NCBI GenBank assembly: GCA_964187785.1
Contig: OZ076409.1
Coordinates: forward strand, 48,548,001-48,612,000
Reading direction: 5' to 3'
DNA length: 64,000 nt
From: Amphiscolops sp. MND2022
Lineage: Eukaryota
Part shown: piece by piece, positions 13,336 through 26,985 of the stretch
How positions within the stretch are numbered: position 1 is the stretch's first letter
Layout: each line of letters starts with the position of its first letter
Notes under the pieces: model-generated
The model's database searches: none
Told to the model about the DNA's origin: nothing
What the model saw: only the letters and a program-made list of their open reading frames with translations
Position numbers and translations under genes: made by a program

Positions 13336-13946
13336 TTTTTATTCGGCGCATTTTCCTTTAAGGAGAAAAGCCCGACTCTTACAGTGACTGTTTTTTTTCG
13401 ACAGATACCAGAATGCGTAGTGGACACTTTTTACAGGACTACTAAAGTAGTCCGCTACTGGACTGGCAAGCGGAAACGCATTTAAGTTAGTGTAAAGGGC
13501 CCCCTTTCATTTATTCCCTTTTAACGTAAATTTCATTTTTAACGTAAGATACAAACCCGGAGAACACTACAAGGTCCCCCTTTAATTTTTTTCGGCACGG
13601 TGTGACTTTTTTTCGAATTTCTTTTGTTTCCAAAGGGTCCCACTTCAAACATTTTGATATTTTGCAATAACCTGAAGTTTCAAAAATCTCAAAGGGTCTC
13701 CTCTTTTAAATTTTCCGGCACTATGAGACTGTTTGAAAATTATTTTTTCTAGTCTATTCGAAATTTTGACGTATTATCCGGAGTAAAGCGCTATATCCGA
13801 ATTTTTGACGTTACATCTGAACTAAACTGCCTTTGACTAGGGAGAACGCGGAGGTTCGAAAACAGGAGTTTTTCATGAAAACGTCCTCCGAATATATTAA
13901 AAACTGGGTGTTTTGAGCCTTAGATATAGCGCCGACTTCATTTGTT
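13336..13946 (+). mobile_element. H1 repeat copy (Helentron/HINE-like)
   Basis: Starts T-run + ATTCGGCGC and ends GCGCCGACTT...TTGTT; shares GCCCGACTCTTAC.GTGACT and the internal blocks with 15739-16373. Confidence 0.7.
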
Positions 13947-15738
13947 ATGATTGGCTGACTGTTCATTTGTTATGGTTGGCTCAAGAGATAATAAAAAACG
14001 AGTGATAAGTTATAGAAGTGAATGAAGTGGAGACAGAATACTGAGTTTGTAAACTGAAACACGGATACATCATTGTGTTTGAAACATTGACATAAAAGAA
14101 AGTTCTCGGGGTTCCCGACCATGTTGATTATACTCTGATCAAATAAGGCACCAAACAAATCATACACTTTTTCATGATCTCCCTGTGATCAATCTGGAAT
14201 CGTAAATGATTCAAAGTATTGTCAGCCTGGAACCATAAACGTCATAAATGGTCCTGTCTGGAATCATAAGTGGCTCAGGCTATTATCAAACTGAAATCAT
14301 GAGCTTTTGTTGCCCATGCGGGTTGCCGTGACATCCAATTAAGTGAAAAAATTTCAAACACTGCGAACCTAAAGCTTTAAAGCTTGATTGCAGAACCGGC
14401 AATAGAGCCATATTCGACCTTTCCATTATCCGGACGATACATTACATGTCTCAACCCCGTAACACCCTTAGCTGAGTTAACAACAATTTATATCCGCGGA
14501 AGTTGTTCTCAGCCACTGCTTAGTTGATCATTAACTCTTTTGTTACAGCAGCACCCACTGTGTGATCTCTGATACTTTCGAGAACAATGAACAATAAGTC
14601 AGCAAAAAATAATAATTGCAAGTTTGGACTGAGATGGAGAGCTTCAATGTTGAGATTTCTCGTTTAATGTTGAGATTTCTTTTGGAGTATCCTCATGTTT
14701 TGCTATCGGTATCCAAAAAAAGTAATTCGAAAATTGGTGATACATGTTTGAATTTGGGATTTTGACATTTTTCTTGAGTTTTTAAGGTTTTCGCATGTAA
14801 CTTCTCACTCGAAATGGCCAGCTGGTTCAAAAAACTTGAAAGATAGTTGTTTCTCTAAACCTTTTGTAGCATCTGTAACGTAGTTATATAAAAGTCCCAG
14901 TCGTTTTTTTGATCCAATGTACATTTTTAGCAATTTATTTGAAAAGTCAAGTTCGTTTGTTTTCAAGTTTGGTTCGGTATAGTACCACTCGGCTATTCCA
15001 ATTCTTAGTTAGTGTGCAAAGTACCACTCGACCTACTCAGTTTTTTTCTTTTTCTGGTTCAATTATTCGCTGCAGGAAACTGTGTATCGTCAAGCAATTG
15101 CAATCATCAATCGTCAAAAATATAGAGGCAGTTTTGACCAAATTTACACAGTTGAACTTTGCATTTGGTGCAATGCGTCGTGAAGGTTTTGCGAAGTGGA
15201 GACCAATTCCGAAAACTGGCCAATTGATTGAATTAAGTTGTCGCCTACCTTTGATTGGATTTACCGTTTTCGGGTTCCTTTTACTTCAAAGTCTGAGCTG
15301 AACTGTGCACAAAGCGGATGCAAAGCGGGCTCCCAAAGCAAGTTGACTGATATCGATGAGGGAGTAACAAATTTATATTGGGATTTTTGAGGTGACAACT
15401 CCCAATAGGTGAAATTTCACGGAAGTGCTCGAATCCCCGAAGTGGTTTTTGACGTCAGTTTCAAGCTAAGATCGAAGGTTAATTAGGTTAAAATGTTCCC
15501 TGACTTGGACACACTTCAAGTCGTTCTCTTCTCCTAATTACCTTTTTCTCTATTTCAGGGGTTGTGTGATCACCATCGGAGTAGGTGATCTAAATTGATG
15601 TATTTCTTTGCTGACAATAGCTGAAGAATTCCATATGTATTTTGATAATGTTTCTGCATGAGATGAAATATATCTAGAAAACTTAGTATAGCTGTGTTCA
15701 CTCGCTACGTAGTTTAAAGCTTCTTTCGTTTTTCTGCG

Positions 15739-16373
15739 TTTTCAGTCGGCACTTGTGAAAAACAAAAAATGCCCGACTCTTACTGTGACTTTTTTCTTCA
15801 GACCCTAAAGCTCACATTGAAAGGCCCACTTTTTACAGAATTTCTGCAGGCCTTCCTATTTTACTAGAAAGCAATTATGGGCGCTTTCAAAGGGTGCCAC
15901 CTTTGGGTACTATATGAATCGTTTTGATGTCGCCTGTTCCCGAATTGTTTTGATGTTGCCAAAGGGTCCGCTCTTTTAGTATTTTGATGTCCTGCACCCA
16001 GCTTAATGATAAAAACACCCAAAGGACACCCTCTTTGTGTTTTTCAGCAATATGAGACTTTCAAATTTCTAATTTCTTTTCTGAAATAAGATTTTCTCAA
16101 TGTTCGAAAATATTGCGCTTAATCCAAACTATGACATTGTATCCGAAGTAAACTGCGTTTTACTTAGTGGGAGGCCGATGTTCGAAAACAGCGCTCCCAT
16201 GTCGCCCAGCACGCTCTATCCTCACTTCGGAAATTTTTCCGAGCACGAAAGGCACCTTTACGGTGTATGGAAACGAAAACTCTTTCATTAAAAAACGTCC
16301 TGAGCATATCCTAAAATCTTTGCGCTTTTCGAGCCTTAGATATAGCGCCGACTTTAGACGTAACCATCTTGTT
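15739..16373 (+). mobile_element. H1 repeat copy (Helentron/HINE-like)
   Basis: Starts TTTTCAGTCGGCAC and ends GAGCCTTAGATATAGCGCCGACTTTAGACGTAACCATCTTGTT. Confidence 0.7.
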
Positions 16374-16481
16374 GTGCATAGCTGTAATCCTGTAGAACCC
16401 GGTCCTGTAGTATCCGAAAAAAGGCAGACTTAGAAAAGCAGAACTGCTTATTCGGCGTCCACGTCCTGGTTATGGGAAAGT

Positions 16482-16565
16482 AAACTTTCTTCTTCTTCTT
16501 CTTCTTCTTCTTCTTTTTCTTCTTCTTTGTCTTCTTCTTCTTCTTCTTCTTCTTTTTCTTCTTCT
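16482..16565. repeat. (TTC)n microsatellite, imperfect
   Basis: Read directly from the sequence. Confidence 0.95.
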
Positions 16566-17378
16566 CGTGTGATGTTTTTAGTCAATTGCGGTTGCAAGGT
16601 GATCATTTCTTACTTTTTCTGTGAGCTACAGTGATAAGAAAGTTCTTTAATGCGTTTTTCTACGTTTTCGTTTCTGAAATCGTTTGTATTTCTAGTCATT
16701 ATAATTAAAAGTAGAAATTACTGACTTGTTCACAAAATAAATACTATAGCAGGACATTTGCTTCGGCTTTCTATCTCCAAACTGATCGTTTCTCATTATG
16801 AATTAGGCTTCTTTCAAGGGATCACAATAGTTTTTGTGAATGAAGATCCAAAGTTCCACTATAAATAACATCTGGAGTTATAATAACGAAAATGCAGTGT
16901 TACTAGAAGATGTTTACCACCAATAAATTGTTTCCTTTGAAATGCTTTCGAAGTAAATAAATGCATTATTTTTTGTCCTTGTCGAATTTTCACAAGAATT
17001 TGGATGTGCGTCAGAACTGTTTTTGTTATCTCAAATTCTCCAGATTTCCCAATTTCTCGAAAATACTGATCAAAGTTGATGATTCGTCTTGTCGAGCTCC
17101 AAACAATAAATAAAAGCTACTGTACGAATAGTTCAGTTTTTTTGCGAAGTACTTCTATGGTATACAAACAACAAAAAACATAAATTATAGTGAAAGTTTA
17201 AAAGTCTAGTTTTTAGAAGTTGACTGATTTTTCCAAGAAAGATATTCTGAGTTGAACGTTGATTATTGTGAGGACTTGATTCCTATTATTATCTAATGAA
17301 TGTTTTAAATGTTATGAAACCCACGTTACAACTTGATTCCCATATAATAGTATAAAGAAATAATGTAAAGAAAGCTTA

Positions 17379-18743
17379 CCCGGGTTGACCCTCCATGGAT
17401 ATCTTAGTAAGATCTTGGCAAGATCTTGGAACAATCTTGGCTAAGATCTTGTCAAGATCTTGCCATGGTATTCATTTTGCCATGGTAAGATCTTATCAAG
17501 ACAGGCATGTATCCAAGAAAAATCTTACTAAGAATCCCAAGATGGCAAGAAAAATCTTAGTAAGAAGCCCAAGATGGCAAGAAAAATTTGCTACGAACTG
17601 CTTGATATAGAGAAAAAAAGCAGCATCAGAAAAATTTCAATTTAAAAGTTATTGAAATTCCAAAACTCACTTACAACTATAAAATACAAGAATCTATTCA
17701 ACCATTAGAATAACATCAAAAACAACTGAAATAATGTTTTATCATCACTAAAATAAAATCTATCATCTGAAAATCACCGGAATAGCATCTAAAAACACTG
17801 AATTGAGAACCGAATCCAGAGGAATATACATGGAATAAGATCTAAAATTCCCCAGAACCACGATATTTTTTCCAATTTCATAGAAAAACCCCTGAATGGA
17901 CCAAAAACCGTGTACGTCGGTTCTCGTTTCACTGTTACAAGATCTGAAACTCACTGGAATAATGACTAAAACCTCTAGAATAAGATCTAAAGTTCTCCAA
18001 AACGACAATATTTTTTCCAATTTGATCCTGGAAACCCCTAAAAAGGTCCAAAAAACTTGTATATTGGTTCTCATTTCAGTGTAATATAAGATCGAAAACT
18101 CACTGGAATAAGAACTAAAACATATGGAATAAGATCTAAAATTCCCCAGAACGACGATATTTTCTTCAATTTCATACAGAAAACCCCTGAATGGACTAAA
18201 AACCGTGTACGTCGGTACTCATTTCAGTGGAATAAGATCCTAAGCCACTGATCACTGAAATAAGGACTTCGATCTCTGGATTAAGATCTAAAAGTTCCCC
18301 AAGATGTCGATATTTTCGCCAATTTCTTGATAACCCCTAAAATAGTCCAAAAACCCTTGTAGGTCGGTTCTCAATTCACTGTTGTAAGATCTAAAACCAC
18401 TAGAATAAGTCTAAAATTACCTAGAACGACAATGATTTCTTCGATACTAATCCAGAGAATTTCAATCTTTGCAGGAAATCACCGGCAATCGCGGCAGGAA
18501 ATCGCGGAAAGACCCGGCAAAAGAATTATTATACGAATGTAGCTATTTTTAGCATTCTTGATCGAAATTTTGAAATCTTAGAATTTTTTCAATCTTAGTA
18601 AGATTCGATCTTGGAATAATGATACATCTTGGTAAGATCTTAGTAAGAATCTTGCCATGGGATCCATGGATGCCAAGATGTAGTAAGAATTTGGTAAGAT
18701 CTTGCCAAGACAGCCAAGATGCTAGTAAGAGGGTCAACCCGGG
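17379..18743 (+). mobile_element. Non-autonomous TIR DNA element A (TA target), with AAGATCTT subterminal repeats and an internal ~147-bp tandem array
   Basis: TIR CCCGGGTTGACCCTC at 17379 and its reverse complement ending at 18743; TA on both flanks; no transposase ORF. Confidence 0.88.
17832..18440. repeat. ~147-bp tandem array (about 4 units) inside element A
   Basis: GAATAAGATCTAAA-like starts at about 17832, 17978, 18126 and 18278. Confidence 0.85.
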
Positions 18744-19389
18744 TACAAATTGAACATTTTGAAACGAGACTTAATTCATAAGTTTCAATAGAAGAGTTCT
18801 GAACGCAATTCAATCGGTTTAGAGAACTAAATGTGTCAACAAGCGTCGACTTCATCAAAACTCTAAACTATGTGTACCCGGGTTGACTCTCTCACGAGCA
18901 TCTTAGCTGGAAATTTTTCTAAATTCATATCTTCAGATTTTTTTGAGTCTGTTTCAGCAGCCCTATTACTACTAGAAATGTTTGGGTAATGATTCAGCTC
19001 GAGGCTTTTCTGACGTGTTGTTGGCGACACAGTTTTGCTATTGATAGAACAATTTAATCAGTGCCTCCCTAAATAAACATCATAAGTACTCTTGTACTGA
19101 GACTCCATTCGATCCCATCGATGGGCATCGATGGGCTCATCGCAGCCCATCGATGGCCATCGATGGGATTTGAATTATCGCCGAGCGCATGGGGGCACTT
19201 GTGGAGCATTTTAGGGTTAAATATATCTAATTTTATCATACTCTCATTTCCTTTTCAGCCTGAGTAAGCTTCCTCGAGCCTGAAAATCACTTATTTCGGA
19301 GCCTTGCCCTTGAATATTTTGAAAACAAAATTGAAAAACTTGGCAAAACTGCAATTATACGTATGAAAATGCGACGGAATCAAGCTCCC

Positions 19390-22300
19390 TGTAATAGACT
19401 GATGAGATAAATAGGAAGTTGAAATAAAACTGGAGTCTCACAAACAAAGTACGTATCGAGTTTAGCATACCACTAGAAGATCAACTGTAGTCTATATAGC
19501 ACCAGCACTAAATGTTCATGCAGTAAGGATGTTTCTTTAGGCAGGTACTTTGAACTTAATAGCCGTGTGAGTGGCATCTTCGTCTCATTCCCCCCTCTGT
19601 AGCCAGGGAAACCAATCCTGACTTCCGGAGGGTCCCTTGGTAGTTTCGCATGCTTGTTGTGTGCCATCCTTCTTTAGTCTCGGGAATGGAGTTGTCAGAA
19701 ATCGTCGGAGTGGGCTGGAGATGATTTCTAAACGACTAACTGAATTAAAAATACTCTACTCCTCCTAATTTTTCAGTCCGCCTAGCGCCCTTTATCCTAT
19801 TTGATCTGCAGAGATCGTTTGATTGTTCAAATGTTACTTTATAGTTTTTCAATTTTGTCTCTTTTATTTGGGTCTTACCTTTTGCTTTGCCCGCTGTTCA
19901 CGTTTCCGACGCCTCCCCGGCAGTAACGGTTGCGCGTATCGGTGTGGTCTGTTGTTCGTCTTCCCTCTGGGCCGGACGCGGACCGTGGCTGGTAGTGCAT
20001 TGGATCGGTGTGGTAGGTAGCGGTGTGTTTGATTCAGGTATGCTGTCCTCCTCCGGTTGTGTCTCCTCTGCGATGGGAGTTTGTTCTTCTTGTTGTTCAG
20101 TATCGTCCGCTAGTGTGGCAGCTTGTGGTTCAGGATGGTCCGTTTCTGCGCTAGCTGTGAGGATATCGCCGTATGTGGATCGTTTCTGCAGCATTGTTGG
20201 GAGGGTGTAGCTGCTGCACGGTTCTTGCGGACTTTTCGTAATTCCGTAGACTCTCTTGTGTGTGTCGCAGTACCCTCCTTGGCAGAATTTTCCTCATCGG
20301 CGGCATCGATTGGTCGGCTTTTGTCTTTCTTCCGGTTTTCTTGAAAGCTGAAAATTTATTGGTTTTGACGCTAATTTTTTGTGTATTGTTTTCCCTTCAA
20401 ATGTAGTTACGGTATGTTTTGTCTTTTTTATGGCCGTTAACATTTTATTAGTTTTGAATCTGCATTTCAATGCGGTTGGTTTATTTTCTTTTAAAAAACT
20501 GGTACTGTTTAAATTTCCGGCTTACCGATCGAGCTCTTTTCTTGGAGTCGTTGAGGACCACATAATCGGCCATCTCTTCTTCCGAATCGTTCATTGTAAA
20601 CATTTGGAGCTCTGTTGGTTGTGCAGAAATGAAATTGGGCAGTGTTTTTTTCCAATTAGACAAGAGATATTCCTGATGTACGGTTAAATTAATTATCTCC
20701 GTCAAACGTTTTCGTCCGAGAACCATCTGGAATGGCGTCATGTCTAATTTACTATGCGCAGTTTGTCTGATCGTTTTAATCGCTAGATGAACACTTTCTT
20801 CAAGTATTAAGACATCCGCCATATTTGCTTAGTTATTGACTTATTTTTCCGTATCGTTCTTTCCACTTTGCCGGTACCGGTGTGTAAATTCGACGTGCAT
20901 CTAATGCGTTTCATATTTCCTCGGTTACAAAATTCCTTGAAGTCGTTACTTTTAAAACAACTGCAGTTGTCGGTACGTATACTCCGTGGTGTTCAGGTTA
21001 TCTGAACAATTTTTCGTTTAAAAATTTAATACTGTCCGTAAGTCGGTATTTTTACAAATTTGAACAGTTGGTTTTTTGCTAAATCGGTCGACGGCCATTA
21101 AAATATACACGTCGCTGCGAGTCTTTGATTTTATTGGACCAGCTAAGTCCAATTGAATTTCCTGGTTCGGTTCAGACAAAATGTTTAACCTTCTTTTCTA
21201 CTTTGACGGTACCGGGCCACCTACCTACTGGGCCACCGGAACGCTGCCGCTGATTGGTCTTGAGTGCAGAAAGGTGTCCTCGATAGAGCATGGCAATAAT
21301 TGTTGTCCGCGTGGCTTCTGGTATGACAATCTTGTCATTATAGATTAGGAGACCAAATCTGGTAGTTAAGGTTAAGTGGCTTCTATGCGGACGGTAAGGA
21401 AAGAATATGTCTTCGGTCTGGTTCTTTTCGATGGCAGCGATAGCTCTCAGGATCTTTACATCCCTCGCAGTCTCGTCCACAAGCATCGGTAAATTGAGAG
21501 CGAAATCCCTCTCCGCTTTTTCGATCGTTTCTTCAGTATGTTCAATATGCTCATCATCCATCGTGTTTGTTTTGACCGTCTGTTTCAGCCAAATCAGATT
21601 GACAGTCTCGTGCTTGCGGAACTTTTTGAGTGCGTTGGTAGGGGATTTTTTTGTCTTTGGTTGCTCACTTGGCTCTCGTTGTCGGATAGATTTTGGACAA
21701 TCCATGACTCGTTGTTGTGTTGCTGATACTGTTTCAGCGGCGTCGATCCTAGGGTTTCGCAGTAGAGGAAGAAGCAATTGTACATTTGAATGTTTAATTC
21801 CATTATCCTTTTTAGGGCTTGCTGTGGGGGCGGATATTCCGGCAGTTTTTCGTGGTTGCTTCCTTTTCCGACTATTCTAAGTTTTTGCGGCTTCAAAAGT
21901 CTCCTTTTTTCCTTCCAGTGTTGATTAGTATTCGTGGAGTGGTTCCTATTCTATGAACAAAATGCATGTCAATGCCATTACCTTTATCCATTTTAGCTTG
22001 TGGCGCGGATTGATTAAGATTTGAAAGTTTTGTCGATGAAGTTTGGTAGCACCGTTCGATGGTATTGAGGCTTCAAGCGATTGAGTTTGTTTGTTCTCTT
22101 CACGCTTGCGTATGTCGTGCTGTGATTGGTCAGTTTTCCGTCTCGGTTTGGTTCGTTCCGTGAATCTCTTTATGCTTCCGTTCGTTTGAATGAAATCAAA
22201 CAAGTGGGTTTGTTTATCTTGAAGTCTTCTTCGGATTCCGTTACGGTTTGACCGCTTACGTTATTTTCCGTTTCGTTCTCAGCGGTGTTTACGATCGGAT

Positions 22301-25117
22301 GTCAGCTTAAGTAGTCCGTCAACGGAATGTTTTTTTCCAGCAGTAAACTGCACGTTTACATGGAAATGGCTCAACCTATTTAACCACCGTGTTAATCTAG
22401 CGCTGTACTGTTTGCGCCCTATTTCTTTTTAAAAGCGATTGAAGTGCTTGGTGGTCAGTTAACAAGTCAATCCTCTTCCTGTAAACTTAATATCTGAAAT
22501 ACTCTAACCCCATAGCGCTCCTAGTAATTCTAGCTCATTAATTGCGTATTCCCTCTCACAATCAGTGAAAAATCTACTAGCGAATGCGATTAGTCTGAAT
22601 ATTTCTCTTTCTTTTTGCAACAGTGTTGCCCCAAGTCCCGTGTTGATTGCATGCATCTGTCGTCACGTAATTGTCTTTCTTCGTGTCGAAGTGGGCCAAG
22701 CATGGTCATTCTGTTATCTCCTTCTTCAGAGTCTCGAAATATTCATCTATTTGGGGTGTCCAATCCCAACGAGTTACTTTCTTCAACAGTTTTCTCATTC
22801 AGTCGGCCTTCTTGGATAAGTTGTTTATGAATTTCGACAAATGTTGTATCGAACCCAAAAATGATTTATGTTCTTTGGCATTCATTGGGGCATTCAATTT
22901 CGTTATTGCTTCTGTCTTGTCTTTCATCGGCTTTACTCCACTTTGATTTATGTGGTAGCCCAACCAAGTTAGTTCCTTTTTAAAGAGTTCAGGTTTTTTC
23001 ACTTGCTCTGTATTTTTTCGTAGCGTTTTTCAACTGGAGGAGTACTTCCCGTCACTTGTTCCATTGGTTACACAAAAGATGTCATCTAGCCAAACCGTTG
23101 TTTTAAATTCCAGCACTTGGTCAATATACTCTTGGAACTCGGTTGTGATATCCGACAGCCCATAAAAGCTTTTCTTGAATCGGTAATGGCCAGTGAAGTC
23201 GCATCCAAAAATTGAGAACACACAATGCTTTGCTGCTTCTTTGGACATCCAAATTTCTCGTCTGTTTTTGGTAATTTCTGCCGATATTTTACTGATTAGT
23301 TCTTTGATGTTTGGCATTGCCGCCTTTCTCTTGACAAATGCCTCATTTAGTTTTCTTGAATCTAGTGCCATTTTCACGGTCTTGTCCTTTTTTATAGTAA
23401 TCACGCCCGGTGAGATAAAACGTTTTTCTGTGGTTTTGTCCGCCTTTTTTAGGTGTCTTTTTTCAATTAGCTTTTCCAGTTCATGGATTGGTACTAGCCT
23501 CCCTTTTTGTTGTATTGGTTTCGAGTCCTTTTCAGTCGAATGTCAATGGTTAGATCTTTGATTGTATGGTTGTTTTGGAATAGGTCTTCGTATTCGTTCA
23601 TTATCTTCTGTCGTCTTCCATCAGTTTCGATATATCGCATAATATTCGTGTTTTTGTTTCCTTGTAGTCCAATTTCCAGTTTGTCCAAACATTCCAGTCC
23701 CAACAGGGGTTGTGTGTTTTTGTTTTCAGTTTTTAGTATGGAAAGGACTTCTTTGCTTTTTTCCGTTTTCACTTCCACCATGGCCTCACCTTTAAACTTT
23801 ATCGGGTTTTTATTTACATCTACAGGGCTTTTTGTGGGTTCGTGTACTTGAGCTAGTATCAAAAATGAATTCTATTGGCTGTCCCTGAACCAATAGTATC
23901 GCTTTGTAGAAATCAATCCGGTTGATGCCGTTGACGGATTGAATGTGATCAATTTTTGGCCATGATTCGGTCTTACTGTCCGTTGTTGGTTCTTTGGATC
24001 CGACTGACTGTCTTGGATTTGCATACTTAGGCAAAATGTCCCATTTTTTCGCAGTTATTACATTGTGCTCGCTGTGCTGGACCTATGTGTTCCAACGACC
24101 AAATTGGTTTGCCGCAAAAGTGACAGTTACGGTTCGATAGCTTCTTCTTCCCCGTTTCGGCTATCTTTCGTTTTCGTGCTGGGTGTGTGTAAGTGACTTG
24201 TTCTTCGCTTGACGAGCTATCGGAGGGAAGTTATCTTTGTTTTTTGTTTGGCTTCTTATCTCCATACGTGCGGTTGTATTTGTCTTGTTTGATGGTTTCA
24301 AGGACCATTTGAAGTTTTATTGGCCCTCTAATGAAATTGTGCCGGGCTTTCTTGTCATTGATGGTTGCTGCGAATTTGTACGTGATAATCTCTTCTTGTG
24401 TAATTTTGTTGAATTCGCATTTTGTTTCGATATCTACGAGCCTTTTTCAGTATTCGTCTAGTGTCTCATTGTCTTCTTGTTTGATATTGAAGAATTGGGC
24501 TCGGCTGTGGAATACATTTCTCGCAGGTATGAATGTCTTCTTGAATAATTTCAATAATTCAGGTAAATCGACGTCTTTCAGCTCTCTGCCACATTGACCT
24601 CTCATACTTTTGTGTTTGGCTTTGGGACCTAGTGCCCAAACAACATCTCCCTTGATGTGATACACGGTGTAGGGATCCATTTGATCGGTACCTTGATACA
24701 TTATTTCGTCCAAATTCCGGTTATACGTAACATGTTTGTACTAGGAAATTTGTTCCCACCAAATTCGTTGGTTTATTTTGGTCAAGTCAGTCTCTCTGTC
24801 CAATAAAATTGGGATTTTGTATTTGTTCTTCTCCGTTCGGTCTGCTTTTGTCTGATTCATTATTGTTAGATTCGCGGTTCGGGTCTGAGTGGGTGTCCAT
24901 TAGAATGCTGACTGCGCCATGTAATAGAATGATGAGATAAATAAGAAGTTGAATTAAAACTGGAGTCTCACAAACAAAATACGTATCGAGTTTAGCATAC
25001 AACTAGAATATCAACTGTAGTCTATCTAGCACCATCACTAAATGTTCATGTAGTAAGGATGTTTCTATAGGCAGGTACTTTGAACTTAATGGCCATGTGA
25101 ATGGCATCTTCGTCTCA
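19390..25117 (-). mobile_element. Full-length Mag-like LTR retrotransposon (element 2), degenerate; close relative of element 1
   Basis: 198-bp LTRs at 19390-19587 and 24920-25117 (about 13 mismatches), TG...CA; TSD CTCCC; PBS 24906-24919; PPT rc AGAGGGGGGAA at 19588-19598; gag/PR/RT (WLDD)/RH/IN fragments highly similar to element 1. Confidence 0.96.
19746..24900 (-). pseudogene. pol: gag-pol pseudogene of element 2
   Basis: Fragments MDPYTVYHIKGDV, ALDSRKLN, TVWLDDIF, KSFLGSIQHL, RFGLLIYNDKIVIP; many stops and frameshifts. Confidence 0.92.
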
Positions 25118-26985
25118 CTCCCATTGCTGAGAAAACCATTTGCTTGTAAGAAGTAAAAATATCTGAAATACGCAGAAATTTGACTCTTAAAATACGTTTT
25201 TGTATCGAAAAATTTCGTATTTTATCCTTGGAAAACCAACAGAATCCGGTTTTTCACAAAGGTAAACAATATGGATAATTTTGTATAACTTCATTTCCGA
25301 ATAAAATATTTGGGCATCCTCGAAATCCCAAACAGAGGTTAAATAGACTGAAAAAATTTAAATGGCGAGAGTTTTGTTAAACTTTTGAACATGGCTAAGT
25401 CGAGCGAATTTTTGTGATCGAACTTTTCGATTCCCATCAATGGGATCATCGTTAGAAAAATTTCATCAATGCTCGTCCATGAAACTGCGATGGCCATCGA
25501 TGAACTGCGATGGGATCTCAGTCCGGTCTCTTCAATCAAATGTTATACCTTGCTAACAGAAAATTGCCTATCAATGTAAATCTGCATAGATGCTGATTTT
25601 TGTTGACTTCATTTCAGCTTTTTTTTCTGGCCAAATAGGATTTTACAATAAACTTCTGAATATGACTCTCTTGATAAGATTTACCATCGCAAAATGAATA
25701 CCATGGCAAAATCTTGACAAGATTTTGGCCAAGATTGTTCCAAGATCTTGTCAAGATCCTGCCAAGATCTTACTAAGATATCCATGGAGGGTCAACCCGG
25801 GTAGACATTCTTGAATTCCAAAGTACACTACACCTGTAAAACAAATCCCTTTCTATGTGTCCAAGATAGTTTGATTTAAACAGGAGTGTCGTTTTTTGTG
25901 AAACAAGCTTTGTGGACATTTTTGTTAACCAATCGCTAATTTTAGATGACCGAATATTTCGAGCAGTAATAACGTCTGAGGAATAACGTGTTAGTTAAGT
26001 CACACTCATTCCCTATCTTGAGATATTGAGCTTTGAACATTTATGAACGTCATTCCTGAAAATCTTTTAACCGTTATTCGCGCCGGCCGGCCCCCAAATA
26101 AACATTTTGTTGAGGAAGAAGTTTTTTCAATCAAAGACCTAGAAAATCATTGCAGAGTCTGGAAATTTTTGAGCTACGAAAGTCATTTCTATAGAAAATC
26201 CCATGCAAAAGAAATCTCGAAATTGCTGTTGTTTTATTTTCATAGTTGCGGATCTTTTCTCCATTAGTTTTCGTACCTTTTTCGCATGTCAATTTGTAAT
26301 ATTTTCATTTTAGTTTTTCGTTCTCTATGGAAAATTTCTCCTTGAAAAGTCATCAAAATAATTAGCACTGATGGTTTGCGAAAGCCGCAAATAAAATATT
26401 GATGTCGATTTTTCCAAACGCAATTTAGCTGCGCTTGGGGAATAGGAACTGCGTCATTAGTTTTCCGATCGCCTTGAAAGCAATTTTAGAGTGGAAAAAT
26501 AGCAAATATGTTCATTTCCGATCTTGATAGCAGATAATTTAATCCGTCGACTTCATGCATTTTCCAATTTTTTCATAATTTTATGAAAAACTAGGGGAAC
26601 TCATCGTTGGCCGCCGGGTTTCTCGTCACCAGTGACCATCCGACAATTTGCCGTGGTTATTTGGACCTGCGGTGGAAATATTCGAAGCTACGTTCAAGCT
26701 CTAAACAAAACATGCATAGTTAACAGCTTAGCATTTCACTTTCTTACTATCTACAGTTGCAAATTGAATATTGCTACTGAACTGCATTCGCATAGCCGTG
26801 GAGCTTCTTTGATACGACCCCGGGACCTTATAGTACTTCGAAACACTCTAACAACATTATTGAGTCTTGTCAATTTCAACTAAAATGTGTTGCTCAAGAA
26901 CCCAAGCAAATTGCATTTTTTCACGACAGCTTGGTAAATAAATTTTCAAATGAGTTGGCCTTTCATGGATCGTATAGAGGTCTCA

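Larger units (their letters stand above)
19099..25530. mobile_element. Probable non-autonomous element with CCATCGATGG palindromic subterminal repeats, split by LTR element 2
   Basis: GAGAC...GATCCCATCG at 19099-19170 mirrored by CGATGGGATC...GTCTC at about 25420-25530; no clear TSD. Confidence 0.55.
18877..25801 (-). mobile_element. Second copy (B) of the CCCGGGTTGAC family, inverted relative to A and interrupted by nested insertions
   Basis: TA|CCCGGGTTGACTCTC at 18877 matches A's right end; 25660-25801 is the reverse complement of A's left end and is followed by TA. Confidence 0.8.
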
